Shown piece by piece: positions 9,900-19,658 of a stretch of DNA of 64,000 nt. Positions within the stretch are counted from its first letter, which is position 1. Each line of letters starts with the position of its first letter. A model generated the notes under the pieces. The model searched no databases, was not told the origin of the DNA, and saw only the letters and a program-made list of their open reading frames with translations. The stretch is from positions 128,274 to 192,273 of the forward strand of contig JBFHFF010000002.1 of the NCBI GenBank assembly GCA_041583775.1. Direction: 5' to 3'. Made by a program: the position numbers and the translations under genes. This stretch comes from Candidatus Moraniibacteriota bacterium. Lineage in GTDB: Bacteria; Patescibacteriota; Minisyncoccia; Moranbacterales; DUUL01.

Positions 9900-11327
9900 T
9901 TATAATCTAGGAAATAGGTTTTCTTTTTCCTTATTCTCTAAGCTTGTTCTTATTTTTTTTGAAGTTTCTGGCATAAATGGTTGGAGTTTCAACCCCACAA
10001 AATAAACCCCCCGAACCAATCCTTCAATACTCTCCCTAAAAGCCTCATTGTCTATTTTAATTAACTCCCATGGTCTTTGCTCTTCAATTGTTCTATCTAA
10101 TTCTTGTACCAACTTCATAATTCTGGCAAGTTCATCTCCGAATCTTCCTTCATTTAGAGTTTTTTCCAATTCCTCGTTATTTTCAAATGGCCTTCTTTTG
10201 CTTTTCTGAAAATCAAGCTCAAAGTCAGCTTTTTTATAAAGAGTAACCACCCTAGATATTAAGTTTCCGATTCCATTTGCCAAATCTGCGTTAAATTTTT
10301 CGTCAAAACGCCCCCAATTTATATCAGAATCTTCACCGAATGATCCCATACTTAGGAGCAAATATCTTGTTCCATCAACTCCATACTTTTCAACCATCTC
10401 CTCTGGAGAAATAACATTTCCCAAAGATTTACTCATTTTTTGTCCATCAACATTGATAAAACCATTGATATAAATTTTCTTTGAACAAGGTAATTTTGCT
10501 GCCATTAACATCGCTTGCCACATAGCACTTTGCTGTCTTAGATTGTCTTTTCCACAAAATTGTACTCCCGGCCACCATTTTTCGAAATTTTCCTTATCAT
10601 CGGGCCAACCCAATGTAGAAATATAGTTTACTAGAGCATCAAACCAAACATACATCACATGCTTTTCATCATTGGGCACTTCAACGCCCCATGGCATCTT
10701 GTCTTTTAAGCGAGAGATTGAAAAATCTTGTAAACCCTGTTGCACAAAAGAAATGATTTCATTAAATCTTTTTTTTGGTTTAACAAAGTCAGGATTTTCT
10801 TTATACATTTTTAAAAGATCTTCTTGAAAATAAGAAAACTTAAAAAAATAATTTTCCTCGTCAATAACTTCGATTTTTGCATTAGGGTGGTCAGGACATT
10901 TGCCGTCCACAAGCTCTGACTCTGTTTTTTCAAGCTCACAACCAACGCAATAGTTAACTTTATAGTTTTTCTTATAAATAAAACCATTTTTATAACAAAT
11001 TTCCCAAAATTTTTGTGCCGCCACTTTATGTTCAGCATCTGTCGTTCTTATGAACTTATCAAAATCAACATCTAAAAGTTCTTTCAGATGTTTGAAGTTT
11101 TTTGCCTCTTTATTGCAATGCTCTTGAGCGCTTATACCCAATTCTTCAGCTTTTCTTAGAATTTTCAACCCATGTTCATCTGTGCCTGTATTAAAAAAAA
11201 CTTCTTTACCAAGAAGCTTATTTGCTCTAGCTAAAACATCAGCACTAACAATTTCAAGCGCGAATCCGATGTGTGGCTTTGCATTTACATATGGCAATGT
11301 CGTTGTAATGTAATAAGTATTTTTCAT
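9900..11327 (-). CDS. metG: Methionyl-tRNA synthetase (minimal form)
   Basis: HIGH-type motif (PYVNAKPHIGFA), a KMSKS motif (KMSKSLGNV) and a Zn knuckle (CVGCELEK...CPDHPN). Confidence 0.9.
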   Translation of the reverse strand: MKNTYYITTTLPYVNAKPHIGFALEIVSADVLARANKLLGKEVFFNTGTDEHGLKILRKAEELGISAQEHCNKEAKNFKHLKELLDVDFDKFIRTTDAEHKVAAQKFWEICYKNGFIYKKNYKVNYCVGCELEKTESELVDGKCPDHPNAKIEVIDEENYFFKFSYFQEDLLKMYKENPDFVKPKKRFNEIISFVQQGLQDFSISRLKDKMPWGVEVPNDEKHVMYVWFDALVNYISTLGWPDDKENFEKWWPGVQFCGKDNLRQQSAMWQAMLMAAKLPCSKKIYINGFINVDGQKMSKSLGNVISPEEMVEKYGVDGTRYLLLSMGSFGEDSDINWGRFDEKFNADLANGIGNLISRVVTLYKKADFELDFQKSKRRPFENNEELEKTLNEGRFGDELARIMKLVQELDRTIEEQRPWELIKIDNEAFRESIEGLVRGVYFVGLKLQPFMPETSKKIRTSLENKEKENLFPRL

Positions 11328-11443
11328 ATAACTTTATCCTTTTTGATTTAAGCATAAAATAACTGAGTAGGCGAAAATTGAAAAGACAATATCCGCCACA
11401 CTGTCATTCTATAATAAACTTAGCTAGTATCTATAACAAAAAC

Positions 11444-11719
11444 CTATTCAATACGAATTGATTTGCCTCGAACAATTGCATTTGCAATTTTTGTTCTAGC
11501 GCGCGAAAGGATTCTTTGTAAAGTGCTTTGAGATGTGTTCATTTTAGCAGCTGCTTCAGTTTGACTCATTCCTTTTTCATCAACAAGTCTTAAGGACTCA
11601 GCTTCTTCTCTTTCAAGAACAACTTCTTGCAAGTCTTTATCGAGAATTCCCTCTGGTTTAAACAGAGACGACTTTGGTCGAAAATGTACTTTTCGACGTA
11701 ACTTTGGTCTTGGTGACAT
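11444..11719 (-). CDS. DUF134/UPF0251-family small HTH DNA-binding protein (sigma-70 region 4-like)
   Basis: N-terminal MSPRPKLRRK...FKPEG motif plus C-terminal HTH (LSQTEAAAKMNTSQSTLQRILSRARTKIA). Transcribed divergently from the glycan cluster. Confidence 0.55.
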   Translation of the reverse strand: MSPRPKLRRKVHFRPKSSLFKPEGILDKDLQEVVLEREEAESLRLVDEKGMSQTEAAAKMNTSQSTLQRILSRARTKIANAIVRGKSIRIE

Positions 11720-11969
11720 AATTTTTTATATGGATCCAAAAACACACAGATTGCCCTCTATTGTATTTTTGTAATCACTAATTAATTATCAAATACAGTA
11801 TACTTTACTTCTGTTAAAAAAACAACCTTTGCCTTGGAGTATATTTTCTGCCGTTTCACACAATTAAAATTAAAATGAGCTTGTTTTATAGGATTTCTTT
11901 GACCTTTTTATTTTTTCCATTATACTAAACTACTGGTCTTTATTAATATATTTTCTTTTTTAAATAAAA

Positions 11970-12737
11970 ATGAATCTTTCTATAATTTTAGTAAATTATC
12001 GAAGCGAAAAATGGCTCAATAATTGCTTGTGTTTTTTAGAAGAACTCACCTCCTCAGATATTATTTTTGAGATTATTATTGTCAATAACGATGACAATAA
12101 ATTTGTTTTGACTAAAAAATATTCTTTTTCTCCGAAAATAATTCAAAACCAAAAAAATATTGGTTTTGGGAGAGCAAATAATTTAGGTGTACAAGTTGCT
12201 ACTGGAGAAAATATTCTATTTTTAAATCCAGATACTGTTTTTAAAAAAAAGCATCTGAAAGAACTTTTGCTTTTTTTTGAAACAAATCCCCAAATCGGTG
12301 TACTCAGCCCTAAAATAATTCAAGCTTCTCGACTACAAGCACAACCCTTTACTTGTGGTAAAAAAACATCTCTTTTAGGTATTATTTTCAGAAATACAAT
12401 TCTGAAGCCTTGGAATAAAAAAAGACCAGTACTTGTTGATTGGGTTTCTGGAACCGCACTATTAACAAGAAAACATCTCTTTGAAAAAGTTGGCGGTTTT
12501 GATGAAAATTTTTTTATGTACTTCGAGGACCAAGATTTATGTCTTAGAATTAAAAAACTTGGCTATGACATAGTCTTTTTTCCTAAAAGCAAGGTCCTAC
12601 ATTATGACGGAAAATGTTGGCCAAACACTAAACAACAAAAAATTGCTTTTTATAAAGCTCAAGATTATTTTTTCAAAAAACATCATCTTCCTTATAAATT
12701 AACTATATTAAGGGTGTTAAAAAAAATAGCTCTATGA
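11970..12737 (+). CDS. Glycosyltransferase family 2 (GT-A, rhamnosyl/glucosyl-transferase-like)
   Basis: LSIILVNYRS N-terminus, NPDTVF, and DQDLCLRIKKLGYDIVFFP (DXD-type GT2 signatures). Confidence 0.85.
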   Translation: MNLSIILVNYRSEKWLNNCLCFLEELTSSDIIFEIIIVNNDDNKFVLTKKYSFSPKIIQNQKNIGFGRANNLGVQVATGENILFLNPDTVFKKKHLKELLLFFETNPQIGVLSPKIIQASRLQAQPFTCGKKTSLLGIIFRNTILKPWNKKRPVLVDWVSGTALLTRKHLFEKVGGFDENFFMYFEDQDLCLRIKKLGYDIVFFPKSKVLHYDGKCWPNTKQQKIAFYKAQDYFFKKHHLPYKLTILRVLKKIAL

Positions 12738-13996
12738 AATTATTAAATTGGAAAAATTTATTCCTCTTTTCATTGGCAATTCTACCTTTTAGTTTTGCAT
12801 TAAACCCAACCTCCAATATTGACATGCCCTTTATTAGAGCTCTTTTTCCTTTAGTTTTTTTGTTTTGGTTTTTTTGCTCTCTTTTTGAAAAAAAAATTAT
12901 TTTAGACAAAAGACCTCGCTTTTTAATACTTTTAATATTTTTATTTATTTGCTCAATTTCCTTTTTTTGGGCAAATGATAAATCTGCCGCATTAACAAAA
13001 ATTCTTTTCCTTTTATCCTTCCTCCCTGTATATTTTTTAAGCTACGCCATTACTAAACAGAAAAAAATGCGCTTAACAGTGTTAAAAGTTTTTGTTTTCA
13101 GCTCTTTTGTTGCTGCTTTTTTTGCTCTATTTATTTTTTCTTTGCAATTTATTTTTGGAATTGATACTGCAATTTTATTCGCAACAAAAACAACTCCTTT
13201 CTTTTTAGGAAAAAACTTTTCTGGTATGGTTTTGGCTTATCCAAGCTGGCTTGTAAATATTAACGGGAAAACAATAATGCGAACTTTTGGATCATTTCCA
13301 GACCCCCATCTTTTTTCACTTTTTATTAACTTGTCATTACCTTTTTCTTTTTATTTATGGAAAAAAACCTCTTTAAAGATTTATCTTTTTTTAGGTTCTG
13401 TATGTTTAATTGCAAGCTTACTTAGTTTTTCAAGAGCTTCATATCTAGCTATTTTTCTTGGATTATTTTTCTCCATCCTACTCTTTTCAAATTTTCACAA
13501 TAACCTCTTTTTTATAAAAAAACATTTTTCCAAATTCCTTGGAATTGCTTTTTTTATTTTCCTTTTTTTACTTATTCCGAACCCATTAACTCAAAGATTT
13601 GCCTCTTCTTTTAATTTAAACGAGGGGTCTAATTCTGGTAGATTGGATATGTGGCGGTTAGCAATCTCAAATACACTTGAAAAACCACTTACTGGTGTTG
13701 GTATTGGAAATTTTGCCAAATATAATTTCCCGATGTCAACCAGCAATGACCCCATTTATGCACACAATTTGTTTTTAGATTTCAGTTCAGAAATTGGTTT
13801 TATTGGGGCACTTTTTTTAATTATATTATTCCTATCCCCTTTTATTGCTCTAAACAAAAAAGCATCTTCTTTGAACAAGACAATTGCGCTTGCAATATTT
13901 ATCTTCGCAATCCATTCATTGTTTGAGACACCTTTTTATTCTATTAGGGTTTTCCCTTTATTTTTTTTAATTTTAGCAATTGATGACAATGCTTAG
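12734..13996 (+). CDS. O-antigen ligase/Wzy_C-domain polytopic membrane protein
   Basis: At least 10 predicted TM helices with a periplasmic-loop motif region (SFSRASYLAIFLG...RLDMWRLAI). ATGA overlap with the upstream GT2. Confidence 0.6.
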   Translation: MKLLNWKNLFLFSLAILPFSFALNPTSNIDMPFIRALFPLVFLFWFFCSLFEKKIILDKRPRFLILLIFLFICSISFFWANDKSAALTKILFLLSFLPVYFLSYAITKQKKMRLTVLKVFVFSSFVAAFFALFIFSLQFIFGIDTAILFATKTTPFFLGKNFSGMVLAYPSWLVNINGKTIMRTFGSFPDPHLFSLFINLSLPFSFYLWKKTSLKIYLFLGSVCLIASLLSFSRASYLAIFLGLFFSILLFSNFHNNLFFIKKHFSKFLGIAFFIFLFLLIPNPLTQRFASSFNLNEGSNSGRLDMWRLAISNTLEKPLTGVGIGNFAKYNFPMSTSNDPIYAHNLFLDFSSEIGFIGALFLIILFLSPFIALNKKASSLNKTIALAIFIFAIHSLFETPFYSIRVFPLFFLILAIDDNA

Positions 13997-15161
13997 TTTC
14001 TTAAATTATCTAACAATTGCCCTTCTACCTGTTTATTTAATAAAAATACCCTTTGCAATAGGAGGTAGTTTAAATTTATTAGATATATTTTTAATTACCT
14101 CTATTACTTGCAATCTTTTTTTCATAATCAAAGAAGGTTACTTTATAAAATTTACAAAATTAAACACTTACATCAAAGTAGCTCTTTTTCTTTTTATTTT
14201 TGGATACCTCTTTTCACTTCTTGTAAATTATAATAAAGCTTCCTTTTTAGATAGCGCGGGGATGTTTAAAAGTTTCATTCTTCTCCCCATTCTATTCTCA
14301 TTAACTGTTTCTTTTTTGGTTTTTAAAAAAAAGCTTCTTATTAAATACCTCTTATTCTCTTTTGTCTTTATGACAACTATTTTATCTATTATTGGTTTTA
14401 TTTATTTTTTTCTTGATATACTGACATTTGATAACCGCTTAGAAATATTTTTTAATTCTCCTAATGCGCTAGCAATGCTTTTGGGACCCGGCATTTTAAT
14501 TCTTATCTTTTTTTTAAATAAGTTTAATGGCCGTTTTTATGCCTTTTTTCTGATTTTACTTTTTTTCCACAGCTTTTCCACAATAGCGACTTCTTCCTTT
14601 GGTTGCTTACTTTCTTTGTTTATTTTACTTATCATTTTTTTATTTATTAAATTAGTTAAAATTGATATTACAAAAATATACCTTATTTTTATAATATCAC
14701 TACTATCACTTTCCATTTTTCTGCTTTTTCTTTTGCCTATAACTAAATTTTTGCCATATAGTCAAAATATTCCTCCCTCTTTTTATTCAAGAATTGTTAT
14801 TTATGATGTAACAAGACAAATACTCTTAAAAGAATCTTTTGATGGTGTCGGTCTTGGAAATTTTCAGAAACATTACCTTTTACAACAAATTTACAACATT
14901 CCTTATCCTCAATGGGCTGTCCCTCACCCACACAACAACTTTCTTTTAGTACTTGTTGAGGGCGGCTTCCTAGCCTTTCTGGGCTATATTATGCTCATCT
15001 TCAAGAGGCCCTTATTTAAAAAAACGCCTTTCGGCATCTTAACTGTTTTTCTTTTCTTTTATTTTATAATTCATGGTATCGTAGATACAACAATCTGGAA
15101 AAACGATCTCGCTGTTATTTTTTGGCTATTCTTTGGTCTTTTGAATTTTTATCGACAATAA
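13980..15161 (+). CDS. Second O-antigen ligase/polymerase-like polytopic membrane protein, a tandem paralog
   Basis: Multi-TM protein with a similar C-terminal motif (GVGLGNFQKHY...HPHNNFL). Overlaps the upstream gene by 17 nt. Confidence 0.5.
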   Translation: MMTMLSFLNYLTIALLPVYLIKIPFAIGGSLNLLDIFLITSITCNLFFIIKEGYFIKFTKLNTYIKVALFLFIFGYLFSLLVNYNKASFLDSAGMFKSFILLPILFSLTVSFLVFKKKLLIKYLLFSFVFMTTILSIIGFIYFFLDILTFDNRLEIFFNSPNALAMLLGPGILILIFFLNKFNGRFYAFFLILLFFHSFSTIATSSFGCLLSLFILLIIFLFIKLVKIDITKIYLIFIISLLSLSIFLLFLLPITKFLPYSQNIPPSFYSRIVIYDVTRQILLKESFDGVGLGNFQKHYLLQQIYNIPYPQWAVPHPHNNFLLVLVEGGFLAFLGYIMLIFKRPLFKKTPFGILTVFLFFYFIIHGIVDTTIWKNDLAVIFWLFFGLLNFYRQ

Positions 15162-16331
15162 TTATTTCAATGTTATTGAATAAACGCTTTTCGTTTTTTT
15201 GTCTGTAAAAAAAAGATACTTCTCGTTTTCATCCAAGAATAAATTTACAGCATCCACTGCAACCATTTCGGCGCTCTCTAAAAGTCTTCGTTTTTTGCCA
15301 GACTCTACATCGATTTCCCAAAAAGTGTCTGTTGAGTTATATTTTCCTGAACTCCAGTCATTTGGTAATATTATTTCATTTTTAGCATACACCATCATAG
15401 CACAATAGATTTTTTTATTATCCTTAGCCCAAACACATTTATCAACAGAGGTAGGAAAATTCAAACTCTTCAACTCCCCTCCTTTCGCGTTCATTGAGCT
15501 TAGCATCATCCCGTTGCCTATTTGTTCGTTTACATAAGAAACTAGCAGTCTATTTCCGTTATTAGACCATAAATAATCAGCAGCAAAAACTCCCTTATGC
15601 ACACTTTCCACTTCCTTTGTTTTAATATTTATACAATCTAAACCAGCTTCAAAATTAGCATCTGGATATCTATGATAACAGATTTTGCCACCATTTTTTG
15701 GAATTTCAAAATCAATTTTTTCATATTGCAAATCATTTAGAACAATTTCTTCATTTTCTCCATTAAGATCTGCTATCGCAATTTTTCTACCAGTCTCATT
15801 TTCAAATGATTTATAAACAATTTTATCTTCCACTTCATTTTTATACCAAACTACATATTCAATTTTCTCGTCCAACTCACTTATCGTATTTTTATTTAAA
15901 TCATAAACAAAATACTTATTCTTGTCTTTTATCAACGCCTTATCCCTATTAAAATTCCATTGAATAGCTGAAACATCAATAAAAGGATACCCCCCAATAG
16001 AGTTCCTTGATTGTCCTTTGAAATCAATTAATAAAAAATTTCTATTTTGATAATATAATACTTGTGATGTAGTTAAATTCAAAACAGCACCCTTTACTGA
16101 TCCCTCTTCACCTGCTATTAATTTGTAAATTTTTCCATTTTCAGTTTCCTTTTCTTCCTCTATCTCACTCTCTTCTAATTCTTGGTTTTCTGTTTCCACA
16201 GAAAGCTCTGGTGCATTTTCTTTTTTGTTGTCAGTAAAAAATTTTTCATTTGAAGATATACTATGCAAAACAAAAGCTAGGGATGTTATGAGAAAAATAA
16301 TTGCAATAGCTATAAAAAAATTTTTTGACAT
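15162..16331 (-). CDS. Membrane-anchored extracytoplasmic protein, possibly beta-propeller/TolB-like
   Basis: N-terminal TM (FFIAIAIIFLITSLAFVL), an acidic linker, and repeated WxxDxxxxY-type strands. It is the last gene of the minus-strand operon. Confidence 0.45.
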   Translation of the reverse strand: MSKNFFIAIAIIFLITSLAFVLHSISSNEKFFTDNKKENAPELSVETENQELEESEIEEEKETENGKIYKLIAGEEGSVKGAVLNLTTSQVLYYQNRNFLLIDFKGQSRNSIGGYPFIDVSAIQWNFNRDKALIKDKNKYFVYDLNKNTISELDEKIEYVVWYKNEVEDKIVYKSFENETGRKIAIADLNGENEEIVLNDLQYEKIDFEIPKNGGKICYHRYPDANFEAGLDCINIKTKEVESVHKGVFAADYLWSNNGNRLLVSYVNEQIGNGMMLSSMNAKGGELKSLNFPTSVDKCVWAKDNKKIYCAMMVYAKNEIILPNDWSSGKYNSTDTFWEIDVESGKKRRLLESAEMVAVDAVNLFLDENEKYLFFTDKKTKSVYSITLK

Positions 16332-16371
16332 ACTTTTTTGAGCGTTGTTTATTTTTTTAAAATAAACTTAA

Positions 16372-16800
16372 TTAATTACATCCCGCAGGATCAAGACATG
16401 ACCTAACTGATGGTATCGTTGTCATGACATCCCTTGTTAAATCTGGGTTAATAATGTTTAAAATCAACCAAGCCGTAAGTGCTATTCCCAGTCCAAAAAT
16501 AGCACTATATATTGTTTCTTTCGCGTCACTCATTGTAGATGCATTCCCAGCAGAAAATACAGTGTATTTAAAAGCACCAAATCCTATCATAAAAATTGCT
16601 AGTAAAGCAGAAATGCCTACACCAAAAGTATACAATGAATTTAAATAAGATAAGAAATCATTTGATCCTGTAGTCTCACCTGGTACAATTTCTCGTGTTG
16701 TATAGCTACCAGCAAAAACATTGTTTGTTACAAAAATACCATAAAAACTAATCATTGCTAAGATTCGAAATTTTTTTAATTTCATATTTTTTATTATCAT
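16372..16800 (-). CDS. VirB2/TrbC-like pilin candidate (signal peptide plus two hydrophobic helices)
   Basis: 142 aa. Signal peptide ends ...NNVFA, then two TM segments (LYTFGVGISALLAIFMIGFGAF and IYSAIFGLGIALTAWLILNII), the architecture of T4SS pilins. Lies in the same operon as VirB4 and VirB6-like genes. Confidence 0.45.
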   Translation of the reverse strand: MIIKNMKLKKFRILAMISFYGIFVTNNVFAGSYTTREIVPGETTGSNDFLSYLNSLYTFGVGISALLAIFMIGFGAFKYTVFSAGNASTMSDAKETIYSAIFGLGIALTAWLILNIINPDLTRDVMTTIPSVRSCLDPAGCN

Positions 16801-19637
16801 AGCTCTTTATTTAATTTAACAGCATAAGACAAACCAAACATTACACTCCAAACCAAAACCATTGCAATCGCCAACCGAATTATAAACAGCAAATAATGAG
16901 GGGCGTTGCTAATTGAAGAAGCGAGATATTGCTTAAGTGTAACATCCTGAGCTAAAGCCATATTAAAACCAACTTTCACTGAAATAGCAGTGTCTCTTGC
17001 TAATGTATTAGAATCAATAACACCCCAAGTGTCTTTTAGCATCTCAACATATTCATTCGCACCTCCCGAAGAAAAACTTTTCACGAGTCTAGCCTTAAGG
17101 TCTATTCCCGTTCCAATTGTCATATCTGCTGGAATTGTAAATGTAATTTGATCACCATTAAGAACTGTATTTAATCTCATAGTGTTGTTTCCTGTAACAA
17201 GAAAGTCATCGTCAACTTCTATATTATTTATATACCAAACCAAATCAACTTCATCATCATCTTGAACGGCATCAGTATTAATACTCATATACCTTGGAAC
17301 CACAGTTGCTCTGAAGCTAACAGTTGTGCCATTATCTGCTTCATATACAGTATCAGAAAGTGTTCCATCAAATCTTGTTGTGGCAACAGCATTGCCGTCA
17401 ACACTTTCAACCACAGCTCTAGGACCTGCAACTGTTAGAATTCTTTGAGAAACAAAATCTGCCGAACCCTCTGTTGCATTACTTCTTTTACTAGAAACAG
17501 AAATCGACATTATTGAATCTTCTCCAGCAGTAACAGGGAAAAACATTTCTTCTTCTGGGGCGGTTCCACAACCAACACCTCCAAAAATTCTACAATTCAC
17601 AACTGCGCCAATGCTATTGTCGTTTATTTTCCAGTTATACCTATCGAATGCTGGGGTTCCATCTGCAGTAACAGTTTCTGCAATCAAAACTTCATATGGA
17701 TATACTGGACAAATATCTTCATATAAACCAGTATCACAAATTGCTGGCCCCCTTCTCCATGTCCCACTAGCAGTGTCTCTTATTGCTTTATATAAATTCA
17801 TCCCCACAACATTTCTAATAACTGGAAAATAGATTCTTTCAACTGCACCCACAGTTCTACCATCCACATCAAGTGATGTTCCTCCAGCTAAAGATTCGTG
17901 CTCACTAACTATTACAGTTGCCCTTAGCCATACCTTGTTGTCAGTAGCGGCCAATGCTGGTAAACCAGAGAGTGCTCCAAAAATTGCACTTGTAGGAAAA
18001 AATTTCAATTCCCTAACACCCATCCCCTCAGTAAAACTTTCATATATTAAACTTGCATTGGGAACAATATGCTCACAATCGCTAAAATCATTACCATTAC
18101 AACGATCAATTTGCCATTGATAAAACAAATAATCTTCATTAACACCTTCATTGCTCAAACTAGCATTTATCTGAATAAGGTCAGATCTTTTATTTTCTAC
18201 ATTCATTTCCACAGCATCAAATTGAGGGTTTTCTGGTATAACGCTCAGTTCTGGATCAAGAATAGTTCCCCCTGACTCGTTCACAGGAATAGTTCCAAAA
18301 TAATTAAAACCCCAATCACTATTACCTGGCTCACACTTATCATCGCTCAATGGAGCTCCTGTAGAAAGTTGTAGTCTCATACTATTGTCATGAGTTGAAC
18401 AAATAGCTGGTGTTGCCCACATTATTTTATAATAAGCATTTAACTCCCCACTATCATCAGTTACTCCAGCGCCATATACTTCAATAATACTATTATCACA
18501 AGAATCATAGTTTGCCATACCATCATTAAATAAAGACATATCAGTGGAAATGGTGCTATCTCCTAGATTAAGATTGTCTGGTAAAAATGTTGAACAAAAA
18601 GCCGAAGCTTCACCGCTAGTAGCAAAAGTTTGTACGACTCCTGTAATGGGATTAGTAACATTATAACCAGTAAGTGTCGAAGTTTCTGTTTCTCCACCTT
18701 CAGAAATTGGAATCATTGAAGTTCCTTCGATAACAACACCAACTCTGTCTCCAGGTCTATAAATCCAAGTAAATTGGGTTTGATTTAAGCCAGCTAAATC
18801 GGCTTCATCCTCAACTCCATCTCCATCCGTATCAGCATTTGTTGGGTCCGTGCCCCAGCATTCCTCTTCTGCAACACCAAAATCACCATCTCCAACACGC
18901 CCAACTCCACAATTTCCAAATTCATGACTACATCTTACAATTTCATCTCTCCCAGCTCTTGCATCCTCTTCTGAATCCCCCATATTATCACTAGAAACTT
19001 GTTTTCCAAAATTATGATCATAACATCTCGTTATAGCACTATATCTTACTATTTGTTTGTCAGCATCGAACATTACTGCTGGATCATCATCATAAAAACC
19101 AACTCCGTTTCCTGTTTTAGCACCAACTCCATCAAGACCACCATAACTAGCATCAAAACCATCTTCATCTTCTAATGCGGCTGGTATAGCTGCATAATTT
19201 ATACCAAAAAGGTCTGCGTCAAAATTTCCTCTTGCTAAAATTCCCATCGCCTCTCGCTTTCCTGCTTCAATAGTGTTTAAGGCTCTCCCTTCATCATCCG
19301 AATGAACAATATACCAGGTATAATATAAATTAGATGTATCAGTTTTAAAACCTTTTGGAGCTGAGAGCGCTGTCACTTTTTCCCCCTCTTTTGGATTCGT
19401 TTTATTGAAACTAATCTCAACAGTTGGTACCATTTCTTTTTTTACCGATCTCCTTAAAGCATCTTTATCAAAACCATATCTATCCTCCATACATTCCGCC
19501 ATTCTCTCAAGGTTAACGGTTGCTCCTTTTGTAGCACTAACTTGACATTGAGCCTGAGCAAACACATAGTCTGTTTTTAATAAAAACAGTACCAGTGCTA
19601 AAAAGCAAATTCTTGCTATTTTTTTGTATTTTTTCAT
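16797..19637 (-). CDS. Large secreted, membrane-anchored surface protein (946 aa) with a thrombospondin type 3-like Ca-binding repeat, a Cys-rich region and a C-terminal TM anchor
   Basis: Signal peptide (LALVLFLLKTDYVFAQA), DTDGDGVEDEAD motif, many Cys and Gly/Asp-rich stretches, and a C-terminal hydrophobic helix (LLFIIRLAIAMVLVWSVMFGLSY). Confidence 0.7.
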   Translation of the reverse strand: MKKYKKIARICFLALVLFLLKTDYVFAQAQCQVSATKGATVNLERMAECMEDRYGFDKDALRRSVKKEMVPTVEISFNKTNPKEGEKVTALSAPKGFKTDTSNLYYTWYIVHSDDEGRALNTIEAGKREAMGILARGNFDADLFGINYAAIPAALEDEDGFDASYGGLDGVGAKTGNGVGFYDDDPAVMFDADKQIVRYSAITRCYDHNFGKQVSSDNMGDSEEDARAGRDEIVRCSHEFGNCGVGRVGDGDFGVAEEECWGTDPTNADTDGDGVEDEADLAGLNQTQFTWIYRPGDRVGVVIEGTSMIPISEGGETETSTLTGYNVTNPITGVVQTFATSGEASAFCSTFLPDNLNLGDSTISTDMSLFNDGMANYDSCDNSIIEVYGAGVTDDSGELNAYYKIMWATPAICSTHDNSMRLQLSTGAPLSDDKCEPGNSDWGFNYFGTIPVNESGGTILDPELSVIPENPQFDAVEMNVENKRSDLIQINASLSNEGVNEDYLFYQWQIDRCNGNDFSDCEHIVPNASLIYESFTEGMGVRELKFFPTSAIFGALSGLPALAATDNKVWLRATVIVSEHESLAGGTSLDVDGRTVGAVERIYFPVIRNVVGMNLYKAIRDTASGTWRRGPAICDTGLYEDICPVYPYEVLIAETVTADGTPAFDRYNWKINDNSIGAVVNCRIFGGVGCGTAPEEEMFFPVTAGEDSIMSISVSSKRSNATEGSADFVSQRILTVAGPRAVVESVDGNAVATTRFDGTLSDTVYEADNGTTVSFRATVVPRYMSINTDAVQDDDEVDLVWYINNIEVDDDFLVTGNNTMRLNTVLNGDQITFTIPADMTIGTGIDLKARLVKSFSSGGANEYVEMLKDTWGVIDSNTLARDTAISVKVGFNMALAQDVTLKQYLASSISNAPHYLLFIIRLAIAMVLVWSVMFGLSYAVKLNKEL

Positions 19638-19658
19638 AGTTTGTTTTTGTTTAGAACC

